Virus record (IMG/VR): IMGVR_UViG_3300033463_000020
Strand: one strand, 5' to 3'
DNA from: a virus
Lineage: Duplodnaviria > Caudoviricetes
Length of the DNA stretch: 64,000 nucleotides
Made by a program: the position numbers and the translations under genes. This document shows, piece after piece, positions 34,261 through 46,489 of the stretch. Under the pieces are notes generated by a model. It saw nothing but the letters and a program-made list of their open reading frames with translations, was not told the DNA's origin and made no database searches. Positions within the stretch are counted from its first letter, which is position 1. Every line of letters begins with the position of its first letter.

Positions 34261-37213
34261 CGTTCTCGTCTCCTTGTGATTCTAGAATTTTTAATACGCT
34301 GTCCAATAGTGTCTGATCGGGATACTCTTCGTTTTCGATCATGTCTACGGCATCTAAAACATGCGATAGCTCATCATCCGAATCTTCGCCCAAATCTTTT
34401 AATGAATATGTCAAACCCAAATACGAGTACTCGCCGTCTGCGTCCTAGACCGGGCAATATGATTTACCGCGCGGTATAAGACGTACAACTTGGTCCCCCA
34501 GAACATTCCATGCAAAACCCCAGTTAAAGGATTTGTATTCTGGCGCCAAACGGGAAACATAAAACAAGAACTCCTCACCCGACATATTGGCGTTAACCAA
34601 TTCGGACTGCAGCGTTGTCACTAACGCATCGTGAGAGGAACGATAATATCGATCGTACAGCTCGTCTGTATGTGCCCCGGGATCCGAATACAAGATATCG
34701 GTAAGGGCGTGCAAATGTGTGATTTGCTTTCGAGCATTATAAGTTTTATACATCGTCCGCACAATACTTAGGCGGTCTTTGGAGAACTGGTCTGCGAATT
34801 GGGTTTCGAAAGTCGGTAACAATGATTTCGTAGTGGACTTTGTGCTTTTACCCCGGTCAAACTTAATATCGAAATCAATGCCTTCAATAGCTTTACAGAG
34901 CTTGTTCATGGTGCAGGGGGCCGTAATTAACGGAGAATACTTTTGATACTTTCGCACCAAATCGCGTTCTTCTTCGGTCTTGTCCTGCTTGGTTAACAGT
35001 TTTTTAAATTTGATACCAAAAGTATCACGGCTTACCTGGTTATATGAGAATTCAAATTCCTTAAACCGCTGGTTCAACTCGGGATAGATGTAGCGGAAAA
35101 AGTATGGCTTTTTACGCACAACCATTGCATTGGTTCGCATTTTACGAATAATTTCGTCTTGTGAATCAGTAGGTAGAATCTTTTCCGGGGTTTTCCACTC
35201 ACGAGGCAAAGAGGGCTTGTCTGCTCCCTTGATACGGTCGATCTCCTGGCCCACAATTTCGCGGAGCAGTTTAATACGCAGCATGATCTCATTGTACTGA
35301 TCTTCGTGTCCGGGTTTGTCAAATAGGGCTGCCATGGAATACAGGATTGTGGCGGTATTTGAAAATCCCCCTACGCCAGTACCAAAACCTTTAGAAACCG
35401 TCTGAGTAATATTGGGGATGGTCATTTTAGCAGGAACCGCCAGGCCTTTTTCATAGGTAATAATATTGTGGTCTTTATGTGCGCCCTTAATAAAATACTC
35501 ATTGTCTGTTGACAAGACAATGTCCCCATCAAAATCCGCATCCTCGGCCCGGAATGTGCCGGTATCGTGCGTGGAGAAGATGATGCCACTGGTTAAATAT
35601 CTATACCAATACGCCGCCTCGTCGGAATAATGCACTGTGCACGGATTGTGTTCATGCACGTCTATCATTGGGCTACGGCACAGATCCACGGTGTGCACGT
35701 TACGCTCTGTCCAGAATCGAGACCAGATCTCATCGCGCTGTAGCAGGCCATCAGAGGGCAAACCAAGCGCGGCCTGGCATTGCGCCACCGGATCAGAAAT
35801 CATGAACTGGTAATTACCGTGTATCCACACCTTGCCAATCTTTGCATGATCAATAGTCTCGACTAAATTGGAGTATAACTTGGATTGCACGTATGAGTCG
35901 TTCAAGAAGTCAATGTTTTTTATAAGGGCCTTAGTAATCGGCGTCTGCGCACTAGAATATAGAGAGTTAAATTGCACCCCCGAGGACTTGTGCCCAAAAG
36001 TGAACAGCATAGCAGCTAGTGGGTCGCCCGAACAAATGTCTTGCAACCACGTAATTGTTGGCTGTATCAGACCGTTAATATCTTCAGTGGTTAATGACAA
36101 CGCTTGTATATACTGATAATTGGCCAGAACGCACTCGTCGTCGTGGCGTTTGTTATAGCGCGCTACACCCCAGTGTATGTTTCCGCGTTGTGCATATGAG
36201 CAATACTCAGCCCAGCTATTATAATATTTCGCGGTTTTGAACTGCGATTCAGAGAGCAGAACGTCGATATCGTCGATATTATATTCTACTCCCCATCGAT
36301 CTTTAATGGTGGAAATATTGTGGGCGTGCGCAAACTCGCGAAAATCAAAGGTTGCAAGATTGCCCTTGATGAAGCATGAGCGCGCCACAAAGGAGCATGG
36401 TGTGTAACTCAAGCACATATCTTGCGCCCAAAGTTTCGCAAACTCCGGGTCGATTAATCCCTGGCCGTCAGCACAGTTTAGTTCTAGATCCATCCGGCGC
36501 TCAGTAATAAAAGCTTTGCCCTGGTCGTCATGGGAAATAAAATCTACGGGTTCTTTGGGCAGAGTGTGGAAGAAGTCTTTGATAATACATACTCGCGGCG
36601 TGCGCACCCAAAGAATGGAAGAAAAAGCGAGGGCAAAATATGCGCTATATTTAGCTAAAACAAATTCAGATGTCTTAGTCTCGAGACCGCAATTTAAGAT
36701 ATGAACCAATGTCTCACGATAGGCCTCGTTAACAAAAGTGGCCGTATTTCTCCGAATTTGTCCGCTACCGCTGCATAGGTAAATATATCGGACGCCATTC
36801 ACCACGAAACCTGTGGTCCGAAACTTGTGAAAATCTGTTTTTTTGCCATCCACAACGACATTAATGATGTCTTTAACGAACAGCACCTCCGAGATACGCT
36901 GTTCTAGCACATGTGCTTCCCGGTATTGCCCCTGCTTCTTGTACAGACGAGCGTTGCTGCGCAATTTAGAGACGTAGCTGAAAATCTCTTTGTGATCACG
37001 ATGATCATTGTGTAGATAGCGTAGCTACTGCAGCACCAAATTATCACCGATTGATACAACCAGATCGCCGATCCGGAACTCATCGGTGCCAATGTTGACA
37101 ATGCTGTCATCCCGAAGACGGTTATATAAATTTGGCGATGATAAATTGCAGTCGTTTTTGACAATTAATGAAGCAGGTAATTTGAAAATTCGGTATAGGT
37201 TTTGTACTACCAT
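34244..37213 (-). CDS. YonO-like single-subunit DNA-dependent RNA polymerase (cellular RdRP/QDE-1-like double-psi barrel), 989 aa, 2 TAG
   Basis: SGSGQIR, ADGQGLI, R..FIKG, RSP and catalytic DFDGD (35522-35536); TAG at 37025 (codon 63) and 34445. Confidence 0.88.
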
Positions 37214-37245
37214 TCCGATCCTTTCTTAGGGGGCTTATGCGGTGG

Positions 37246-40008
37246 TTAATCCCCACCGCAATATATAATCAAATTTGAATCCGCTAAGTCGATGGCACGT
37301 TGGAGCGCGGCTGCCAAGCGTTCGATCGCTCCGCGATAGAGGGGGTCGCCCGAGGTGTCGTACAATAATGGCGAGGAGTCATCTGCATCCACGTCAAATT
37401 CTACGTGCCCCAGCGCATCGTTGTTTAGGAACACATACGCTCCGTCGGCTGTAAAAACTGTCTTTTTGTCTGACGAGTCATAATAATAAGCATCCAATTT
37501 AGCTACCGGCAAAATTGGGTGGTCTTCCAACCACTTACACCAATATTGATATAATTTGACTAAATTTTCTTTGGTAAGATAATAATAGTCATCGGATCTC
37601 GTTTTTTCAGGGAAAACCGGGGTAGCGTACTCCAAAATTGATGAATGAAAACGCCTGCCAATACTACACCAGAAATCGATTAAGCCCGGATCGCGTCCGT
37701 TGGCCTGCTGAAATCGCCGGAGATAAGCATCCAAGACATGATCGTCGCATGTCAGATATTGCATTGCTGCATGATCGCAAGCATCAAATTCAAAAGTGTA
37801 ACCGTTAGCAATTTGTGTTTGATGCCAGTCATCCTCCAGCTGATGCTCATATTCGGCATATAAATACATGGCCAAAGTCTGTGCTGGCGTGAACGAGGTG
37901 TTGATAATTGGTATAAACGACAATACGCATTCAAATCCCATGGTTTTCCTCCTCTTCGCCATGTTCATGCATTGCGGCTAATTGTACCAGTTCGCCGTGG
38001 CTGTAATGTGTTGACGGTGTTGTGGTGAGCGTGCTGCATGTAATTTTCCAGGGGTTGTTCGAGCACCATTGACATGGCGAATCGCCAATCTGAATTTGAT
38101 CCCCCTTGGGTTTACTAAGACAGCCGGCACAGGGATCTTCGTTTTCTAAAATTACAGGCGATTCGATTACGGGTATAATCCGGTCAAATGTACGGATTTT
38201 TTCTAATTCTTTCCTGGTTTCTTCACATTCCTGGCGTAGTTCTTGAATACGTACAGCTAAAGCATCCAGCTGCTTTTGCACCGCTTCAAAATCATACTTT
38301 GGCGTTGCTGGCTTTGTTTCAGTTTTATAGCCGTGTTTTCTCATCCTTATGCTCCTGTTGTAACCAAAGTTTTAACATAAATGTAGTGGGTGGTGTATCG
38401 GCAATTTCTGGGAAGAACTTGCAATGGTGGTTCAATTCGCAATACGCAAAATCTAAATATTTTTGTTCTTCACCATACCGGGCGGTGACTGCTGGACAAT
38501 TTTCACAATATGTTGTATTCCACCATTTAAGCCACGGTACATCGTCAAATCGCTCACTGACCGTATCAAGCCACTCGCCAAGTTGTTCCGCCGAGCAGGT
38601 GCGGATCCACTGTAAATTAGTCATTGCGCGCCTCTGGTTGAGGGACCGCATCTATTTTTTTAATAATGCTGCTTTCGATGAAATGCTTATATAATGTGCC
38701 GTGCTCGCCATCATCTGGGACCATGATATCATATGAGACATCTTGGTCCTGGTCCCAGGTACCCCAACGATCAATAATAATGATTTCGCCCGTTTTGATG
38801 ACCGGAGGCTGATCGACGGCAAAAGACACTTTAAATTGTACGATATCTCCGTAAGTATATTTAGGTTGTCCCAACATTTTGTAGCTCCCCCTTTTTATCG
38901 AAATGATTTGGAACAAAATTCATAGCCTTCAGGATCCTTAAAAAACGTTTGCCGTTCATCGAACGTCATCCTATACTCAAAGTGGCTAATGGGGCCATAT
39001 TCTGGCAAGCGCGGATCATACCACTTGTCGTCCGGGTCGTTAACAATAGGGATTTTAGCCATTGCACCAGCGACTCCGCCATTAAATTTTAAAACGCGTT
39101 CTTCGAATTCATTCCAAGTATATGTTTGCCCATATTCATCGATGATCGTGATTTTTGGAGCAAAAACATCATAAAATTTTTTCATATCGGCTACCGAATG
39201 TAAGAGAGTGTGTTCTTCAAACAGGGGCAACCAGCCAGCGCTTGTTTTGGCTAAATGAATTTCATAATGGAGGTCCGGCCTTTCAGCAAGCTCGTATTCC
39301 GCAGCTGAAAACATGTGCGTGATCTCCTTATGTTTAGTTGAAAAGAAAAAATTGGTTCCCATATGATACCTCACCATAAAATTGCTGCCGAAATATTATT
39401 CCATGCTAACGTAATGACAACGTCATCGCGTGGAATGGCACATTGCTCGGCAATTATTCGAGTGTATTCGTTAATGTCCACTGTTTCACCCGTGGGGCCT
39501 TTTACCAGTTGTTCGCCGAGTGCCAGCCCTCCGGCGTATGCCTGGAGTTCGGGATCGTAATATTTAACTTGCGACGCCGTGGCAAAGAAATACGGGATAT
39601 ACTCTAGTTCATTGTTCATAGTATCCATTTTTAAAAATATCGTATCACGGTACTAGTGGGGATTTGCGAATTTTCAGCGGCGTCTAGTGCCACAACGTCG
39701 TATTCCGTTTGTGTAAGTACGTCAAGTTCTGACATATTGTCTGTGATCGCCAAAATACATTCTAGGATCTCAGGCAGCTCAGATAGCGTGCAAAAATATG
39801 TGTGGCATCCCGGATTGCAACTATCTAAATTGTATTTTCCTAAAATTATACGATAAGCGCAATTCTGGGCCGGGTTAGAGGATCCCAGCGCTCGCATACA
39901 ACGCCCCTCCGGGGATACAATACTAACATGAATTAGACGGTCTTTGAACATCTAATCATAATTTGTATTGGCATAAGTATTTAAATTGTCCATATGTGGT
40001 TTAGCCAT
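37246..40008 (-). CDS. seven hypothetical genes (37246-37941, 37931-38344, 38325-38624, 38617-38877, 38895-39362, 39371-39628, and 39631-40008 with TAG at 39952)
   Basis: packed ORFs with RBSs; MGTNFF...IHLAKTSAGW and MLGQPKYTYGDIV phage-family patterns. Confidence 0.7.
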
Positions 40009-40093
40009 AGCAAGATTTAATATTTTGTCTCCCTTTTGAAGTATAAAATTTTCTGCGAAAGATGGTGGATTAATTCTGGTTACCACCAAATAT

Positions 40094-40122
40094 ATTATAT
40101 TGGGATTGTGTCATAATATCAA
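40094..40122 (-). promoter_or_regulatory. promoter of the CCCAA-TATAAT class upstream of the RNAP-containing operon
   Basis: TTGATA-17-TATAAT with the spacer ending TCCCAA. Confidence 0.7.
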
Positions 40123-40161
40123 CTTTTATATTACTATACGCGATCGATATCGGGTATATTT

Positions 40162-40491
40162 TCACCCCCGTTGTTTCTTGGAAAGATTAGTTTTATACTC
40201 TCCCCAGTATAAATTATTAGCAGCGTTATTGTTTTTATTGCCATCTCGACGGAATACGCAATGATAATGCTGTGGATCTGGATTATTCACGAAGAGTTGT
40301 GCAACCAACTGATGAATCTTCACCCATGTGCCCGTATGAGTTCCAGGGGCGGCATGCAAGCACAAGATCGGATTGCCGTGGTCCCCGATGATAGGTTTCA
40401 AATATTGACCAGTGGCTAGGTATTTAACTACCCCGGCATCGTTGATTTGATATCTTCCTTCGAATCCAGGAATGTCTTTCCATATAGGCAT
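40162..40491 (-). CDS. NUMOD4 + HNH_3 homing-endonuclease-like protein, catalytic His apparently replaced
   Basis: WKDIPGFEGRYQI...HQLVAQLFV.NP...VFRRDGNKNNN..NLYW. Confidence 0.8.
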   Translation of the reverse strand: MPIWKDIPGFEGRYQINDAGVVKYLATGQYLKPIIGDHGNPILCLHAAPGTHTGTWVKIHQLVAQLFVNNPDPQHYHCVFRRDGNKNNNAANNLYWGEYKTNLSKKQRG

Positions 40492-40523
40492 GCTCTTGCT
40501 CCTTAGATTTATTCTAATAACAA

Positions 40524-40632
40524 TATGAATCTTAATATGATTCTAATATATATATGAATCTTAATAGGAATCTCTGTTTAATGATTCTCTAATGAATCTC
40601 TAATGATTCTACAATGATTCTCTCATGAATCT
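40524..40632. repeat. AT-rich array of nine GAWTCT units (iteron-like; candidate origin)
   Basis: GAWTC at 40527, 40539, 40556, 40568, 40583, 40594, 40605, 40616 and 40627. Confidence 0.8.
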
Positions 40633-40683
40633 ATAAAAATATAGACCCCGGGCAAATTTGGACCACCAAATAATGCTCGATGG

Positions 40684-40768
40684 TATTATATTGGGGTGTG
40701 GCCATTTGCGGGTGATTTTTGTATGTGAAAAGATAGGGGTGACAATTATCGCACACCCCAATATAATA
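40684..40768. promoter_or_regulatory. back-to-back divergent promoters sharing a perfect 17-bp inverted repeat CACACCCCAATATAATA
   Basis: minus copy 40684-40700, plus copy 40752-40768 (GTGACA-17-TATAAT); located at the strand switch. Confidence 0.8.
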
Positions 40769-40800
40769 AGACTGGTATTTAATATCCGGAGGTATTTATT

Positions 40801-41646
40801 GTGATTTTAGATTGGGCAGAACTTTGTTCACGGATATATGAAACGCGCGCTTTAGTACGTGATGACCCATCTGATAACAAATAGTATCGCAAACAGGAAG
40901 CGGTATTTATACGGTATCTGCATTTGGTACACAGTTTGTCTCTGGAAGATTGTTATGCAATTTGGACGAGTTTAGTAAATGGCACCGCCGCGACTTTTGC
41001 GAACGATCCTAATGCACAGCGCCTCACTTTTACCGCGATCTGGTATCAGGCCTTTACAACGTATGCTGGCGTGGATTGCGTGCACCACTTAAAACCTATT
41101 GCGATTTTTACGAGTGAGTTAGAATATCTTAATTCGCTGCCAGTGCCGCGTTGGATCCGGCAATACTGGGGAGCATTGTTATTTTATTATAAATTTGCTG
41201 TTCAGTTAAATGCACGGGTTCCCAAAACTTCGACTGTGATAAACTGGTGCCTGCGTCAGACCGAGCGTCGCTCGGCAGTTTATGGCGGAGATCATCATTG
41301 TCAAGAGCAGATTTGGAAGAGTGCCCACACTTTACCTGACCGAGTTATTTTAGACAGCCCGGGTACAAAAGACTTGCCGGTGGCTACATATAAGCCCGCT
41401 TTTTTAGCCGAGACTGGCTCTGTGTGTTATCAGGCAAACTCTTTAACTGAAGTCGGGGGTTTCCTGTCGTTGATTACTGCGCCTTCGCGGACTTGTGCAT
41501 GTTGCGGCGCAGCGTTTGAAGTGAACTCTAAAACCAAGCGCCAACTATGCCCCACATGTTATCAGATACATCGCCGGGCAGCAAAACGTGCGTCCAAGCA
41601 AAAATGCGCTGAGGCGACAGGAAAAAGCACATTACTAAATATATGA
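40801..41646 (+). CDS. hypothetical protein with C-terminal Zn ribbon, 281 aa, 1 TAG (40882)
   Basis: GGAGG RBS before GTG; CACC...CPTC. Confidence 0.75.
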
Positions 41647-41737
41647 TAGGGGAGTAAGAGAAAAATCTATATATGCGCGCTCCCATGAGCCGTAAAAGGT
41701 TTCGTTAAGGATAGTAAAGGTAAAAAGGAGATAATAG

Positions 41738-43018
41738 ATGACTACAGCTGAATTTTGGGCGTTAGTGGATAGCATTAATGTCGATGCTCGCGAGGACGGC
41801 CGTTATACTGAAGATGAGATGTATAACATCGGCAGCGCGTTCATTGAATTAGATAATTCTCAGAAACGAGAGATCGGTGGCTGGGATAAATTGGTGTCGA
41901 TCTTAAAACCGCTGGATCATAATGGCGACGTTATGACAAAAGGCGATACATTTCGGCAGTGGATCAAAAATCGGAGATATTCCAAATCAGACATTATCCA
42001 CAACGACAAAATGTTGTCCGGACAAAATATAGATGGTCTTACTTTTGCAGAATTCCAGGATAAGACCGAAGAGCTAAAACAGAACCTGTATAAACAGCAG
42101 GTTAAAACCCGGGATTCGTTGAATGCCTATCGCCGTGTTTTGCGCGAGAGTGCCAGGGTAGAGGCTTTTCGGGATCTAATGAAAGAGTGTGTGGTTGATC
42201 TGAGTCAGCTGCCGGAGGTAACTTATTCAGGGACAGTCACAGATGGACCTGTTGAGGCGGTATTAATGTTATCTGATCTGCACATCGGTGTTGAGATTGA
42301 TAATCATTATAATCGCTATAACGTACAGGTCGCACGGAAGCGCATTCGTAAAGTTGTGGAAGATGCCGTCCGTTATTGTCAACGTGAGCAGGTGTCTACA
42401 CTACATGTGTTGGGTCTCGGAGACTATATCGCCGGGAATATTCATACGAACGCTCGACTGGAGCGAGAGATGGATGTGATTCAGCAAATTATGCTGGCCT
42501 CTGAAATTATGGCGGACGCATTAAATGGTTTGCAAGCTGCAGCTCCGGACGTTCGTTATTATGCAGTAACTGATAACCACTCGCGGGCAGTCGCCAATTT
42601 ACAGGAGTCCGTAGAATCGGAGAATTACAGTAAGCTGGTCACTTTTTACCTCAAAGAGCGCTTGAGAGACACGCAGATACAATTTGTGGATAACATACTG
42701 GATCAAGAAATTGGTCTGATTGAGTTTATAAATGGCAAAACCGGAGTTTTTGTACATGGGCATCATGATTCTTTGCAGTCCATTGCTCAGAACTTATCGG
42801 CCTATGTTGGAAAATTGGTGGACTATATTTTTGTGGGCCACTATCATAACGAGAAGCTAAAAACGTTCCACGGTTGCAAGGTGTTTGTAAACGGAAGTGT
42901 TGTTGGAGTTGACCAGTATAGCTTCAGCAAACGGTTGTTTGGTAAGCCCAGTCAAAGCTTAATCGTGTTGGACGGCGATAATATTGTGACACACAGTATC
43001 AACCTCGAACACTGTTAA
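41738..43018 (+). CDS. calcineurin-like metallophosphoesterase/nuclease
   Basis: SDLHIG, LGD, NH, HGH, GHYH. Confidence 0.85.
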   Translation: MTTAEFWALVDSINVDAREDGRYTEDEMYNIGSAFIELDNSQKREIGGWDKLVSILKPLDHNGDVMTKGDTFRQWIKNRRYSKSDIIHNDKMLSGQNIDGLTFAEFQDKTEELKQNLYKQQVKTRDSLNAYRRVLRESARVEAFRDLMKECVVDLSQLPEVTYSGTVTDGPVEAVLMLSDLHIGVEIDNHYNRYNVQVARKRIRKVVEDAVRYCQREQVSTLHVLGLGDYIAGNIHTNARLEREMDVIQQIMLASEIMADALNGLQAAAPDVRYYAVTDNHSRAVANLQESVESENYSKLVTFYLKERLRDTQIQFVDNILDQEIGLIEFINGKTGVFVHGHHDSLQSIAQNLSAYVGKLVDYIFVGHYHNEKLKTFHGCKVFVNGSVVGVDQYSFSKRLFGKPSQSLIVLDGDNIVTHSINLEHC

Positions 43019-43047
43019 ATTTTGACGACGGCCGTAAAGGAGAGAAC

Positions 43048-44130
43048 ATGGAGGAACAAGAGTACAAAAGTGCCGACGATACGGTCGTCGATAATGATAA
43101 TATTAGCAGCCCTGTTGAACCGGGGCTGCTTTCGTATTCGGATATTAAAGCTGAGTGCGCTGGGTCAGATGACGAGGCAATGTTTAAATATTGCTTTTTG
43201 CACAATATTGTCTACGATCACCTGCTGGCTCGGCGGGCGCTAATTGCAGCCGGAGAAGGAGAAGAGGTAAGCGACCCCGTTGAAATTTACCAAAAGCTAA
43301 TTAACGAGGACGACGCTCTGCGGGGACATGATTTTTTCTCTTAGCTGCAGCGGGAGAATTTTGAGCAAATTTATTCTGAGCGCCGTGCGCTTGGTGAGCT
43401 AGACGAAGATACGGCCAAGAATCGTATGGCGGTCATGGAAATTTTAGCCTACGATCCCTTTAAGGACGATGATATTGAGGATAAGCCATAGCTATATCGT
43501 GACATGACAGGCATGCTCACAGAAGGTATGCGCAAAGACGTTGCCAAAGCCAAGGCGGCATTGGCGATTGTGCGTAGTTATAATAACCTTGACAAGTATC
43601 AGAGAAAGATTAACGAAATCATGAAAGCCGGGCAAATGGACGACGAGACACAGAAGGCTCTAGATCAGTTAATTAAGGTGTCAAAGACTTTACAGGATTC
43701 TATCAACCAGACTGCCGAAAAGAATAATTTTACGGTAAAAGGGATTGGAACCTCGGGCCACGGCATGCTTTCGGACGTTATGAATCGGGTCAATGACTAC
43801 GGGATCGATGAAGGCATTGTGAATTTTTACGATATTGCGACATCTAGGGCCATCGAAGAGGTGGCCAATATTAGCTTTAAGGCACAGTTAAATCAGGTGG
43901 GCTTGTCGAAGACTGATTATGCTGATATTCTTAGCCAGCAATCTAAAATAGTGCGTGAGGCGTAGATGAAAGCGCGTGAGGCGATCGAGGCCCTGCGTTT
44001 GGCCAAAGAGAAAATAAAAAAGCAAAAATTGTTAGATGAGCTGGCTCGTGATTACAGAAAGAAGGGCATCTCAGAAAAAGAGATCGAGGCCTTTATTGAT
44101 CGTGAGTATCATCTGTATAATCCGGAGTAA
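43048..44130 (+). CDS. 360-aa protein immediately upstream of the terminase (possible small subunit), 3 TAG
   Basis: track fragments 43048-43344 and 43504-43965 share one frame; TAG at 43342, 43489, 43963; TAA 2 nt before the terminase ATG. Confidence 0.7.
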
Positions 44131-44132
44131 TC

Positions 44133-46058
44133 ATGATTAGCGTATATAAAAACAAGATATCGAACAATGTCACATCCAAAGACTATGCTGCGATGTCTAA
44201 ATATATTTAGCTTATTCAGTGGGGGCGTCGCAACCCCGTGGGTTTTATTGAAAAAATTTTTGGCATCACCTTAATGGACTATCAACGATGGTTGATCTCT
44301 GAATCCTGGACTAAAGAATATGTCGTTTGGGCGTGTTCTCGAAACGCCGGCAAATCTTTTTTGGTTGGCATTTTTGTCCAAGCCCGGAGTTTACTATTCC
44401 CTAAGTTGTAGACATAGATTATTTCAGAGAACTGGCAAACGTCTAACGATACTTTCAAAAAAATGGAAGATATCGCGACGAATAATATCAAGACAATTGT
44501 TGAGACCAACACCGTCTTTATTGACGAACTTAAGAAAACCAAAAGCGATTCCGATGGTTTTACGCATGATTTTAAGACGGGGAACCATTGTGAACTTTTG
44601 AATGGGTCTAAAATCAATGCAATTGCCGGCGCATCGCGATCTGCGCGTGGACGCCGATCTAATGTTAACGTTTATGATGAGGCCGGGTTTATTTCGGCAC
44701 AAACATTCGATATATCTGAACCTTATATGTCCCAGGACGCTTCGTTTAAGCTGGGTAGCAATTTTGACTCCGAGGTATATCCTCCCGATATTCCCAATAT
44801 TCGTCTTTATATTGGCTCTGCTTCAGATACGAGTTCGTATTTCTACGGTAAATATCGCGAGGGTACAAAATAGATGTTGGCGGGCAATAATCGGTATTTT
44901 GTGGCGGATATTAGCTGTGAGATACCCAAAGCGCCAACAGTTAATGGTATCCCGGTGACGCCATTATTATCCCAGGTAGAAATTGATCGTAAAATGCGTG
45001 AAAACGAGATTGCGGCCAACAGGGAATATTACAATATCTTTGATAGCTTTAACTTGGAAGATTGCGTGGTTTCGCGATCTGATATATTTTCTAATACCGA
45101 AGTTTTTGTGCCGGCTACAATTTGGGGCGGCACTAAACATAAATATCTGATATCTTATGACCCCGCCAGTAAGGTGGATAACGCCCCGGTATTGGTCATG
45201 GATATCTTTCTCAATGACGAGTCGCGCGTCTGTGGGCGTTGTGCACACATGGAAAACCTGGTCGTCACCTACGGAGACGGCTCCAAGCGTCCCATGCGTA
45301 TCGATGAACAAGTTGGTCGTTTGCGTGAAATGTTATGGGAATATAATGGGCGCGATTCGGCGGTTCCATATGATAACGTCACCATTCTGTTGGATGCCGG
45401 ATCTGGTGGACAGGCTTCGAGTATTTGCCAAGAGTTGGCGAAAGACTGGACTGATAAACAAGGGCGGACGCATCCTGGTATTTTTGATGAAAATAATGAA
45501 TATAGTGTGCGTTGGGCAGAATCCTATCCGCACGCTATTAAGGGCGCACTGAAGATGGTAGAGCCGCGTAAATATCGCAACGCGTTATTTGAGGCAGCAA
45601 AACTGTTAGTGCCCCAGGGGGCCATAAAATTTCCTCCGGCATGTCCTAAGCATGACGTGTTGGTTTTTGATGACGGTAGTGAGCGCAAACTCTCGAAGGC
45701 AGAACAGGCGTCACTTATTCAAATGGACCTCATGAAAGAAGAGATTGTGGCTATGGTACGCAGTAAGTCGCCGACCACGGGGGCGATAACATATTAGTTG
45801 CCTCCCGAAAAGCGCAATAAAATGCACGATGACCGCAATTATTGTTTCGTGTTATGTTGTTGGGAAATTAAGAATCTGCGCGATGCAGCAGAGTTCGGGG
45901 ATGGGGCCGTCCTAGATTATGGGGTTTTCTTTGGCGCACATCCTGATACGCACAATGGTGCAAATGATGCTTGGACTAATGCGATGCGTGCACGCCCTCA
46001 GCGTTCAACAGTGCGCATGAGTCCTTTTTAGGGGCACTCTCCCTTTAGATCGAAGTAA
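44133..46058 (+). CDS. terL: terminase large subunit, 641 aa, 6 TAG
   Basis: LMDYQ, Walker A SRNAGKS, ARGRR, Walker B VYDEAG, nuclease YDPA and HDDR; TAG at 44208, 44409, 44415, 44871, 45795, 46029. Confidence 0.92.
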
Positions 46059-46072
46059 AAGGAAGTATAGTT

Positions 46073-46489
46073 ATGATATGCTGTAAAATTGTAGCGGATT
46101 TTAATGATCCGCGGGGTAAATTTAGCGCCTTGCTGCAAGGCCTGAGCAAAATGGGCGATTTTTTATTTGAAAATGGCACGTTGTTTTTTGCTAATGTGGA
46201 TGATCCAAAGGTTGCTGAAGCGAGAATTAAGTCATTAATTGCACGGGCAGGATATCATAACTTCGTAGTATTTACTTACGATAAAGATTATTAGCCGCGC
46301 GAAAATGAGTATATAAATGGCTGGTTAACCGATAAACTGGTCGCTATTAATTATCATTGCTACGAGCAGCAAAGTCAAGCGGTATTTCACCGGGTGGCAC
46401 ATGGGCTTGATTTATTAGATAAAGAGTTAGAGGCATTTCAAAACACAATGCTGGCTAACAGTAACGAGGAGGCCGAGAAAACACAGTGA
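46073..46489 (+). CDS. hypothetical protein, 138 aa, 1 TAG (46292)
   Basis: read-through ends in a GTGA overlap with the portal start. Confidence 0.75.

Noticed and set aside
34244-37213. True RNA-dependent RNA polymerase or RNA virus gene
   Set aside because: The context is a dsDNA tailed phage; this family (YonO) is established as DNA-dependent.
41649-41680. Candidate late promoter motif GGGAG(T)AAGAGAAAA, also seen near 63944
   Set aside because: Only two purine-rich, RBS-like instances; insufficient without TSS data.
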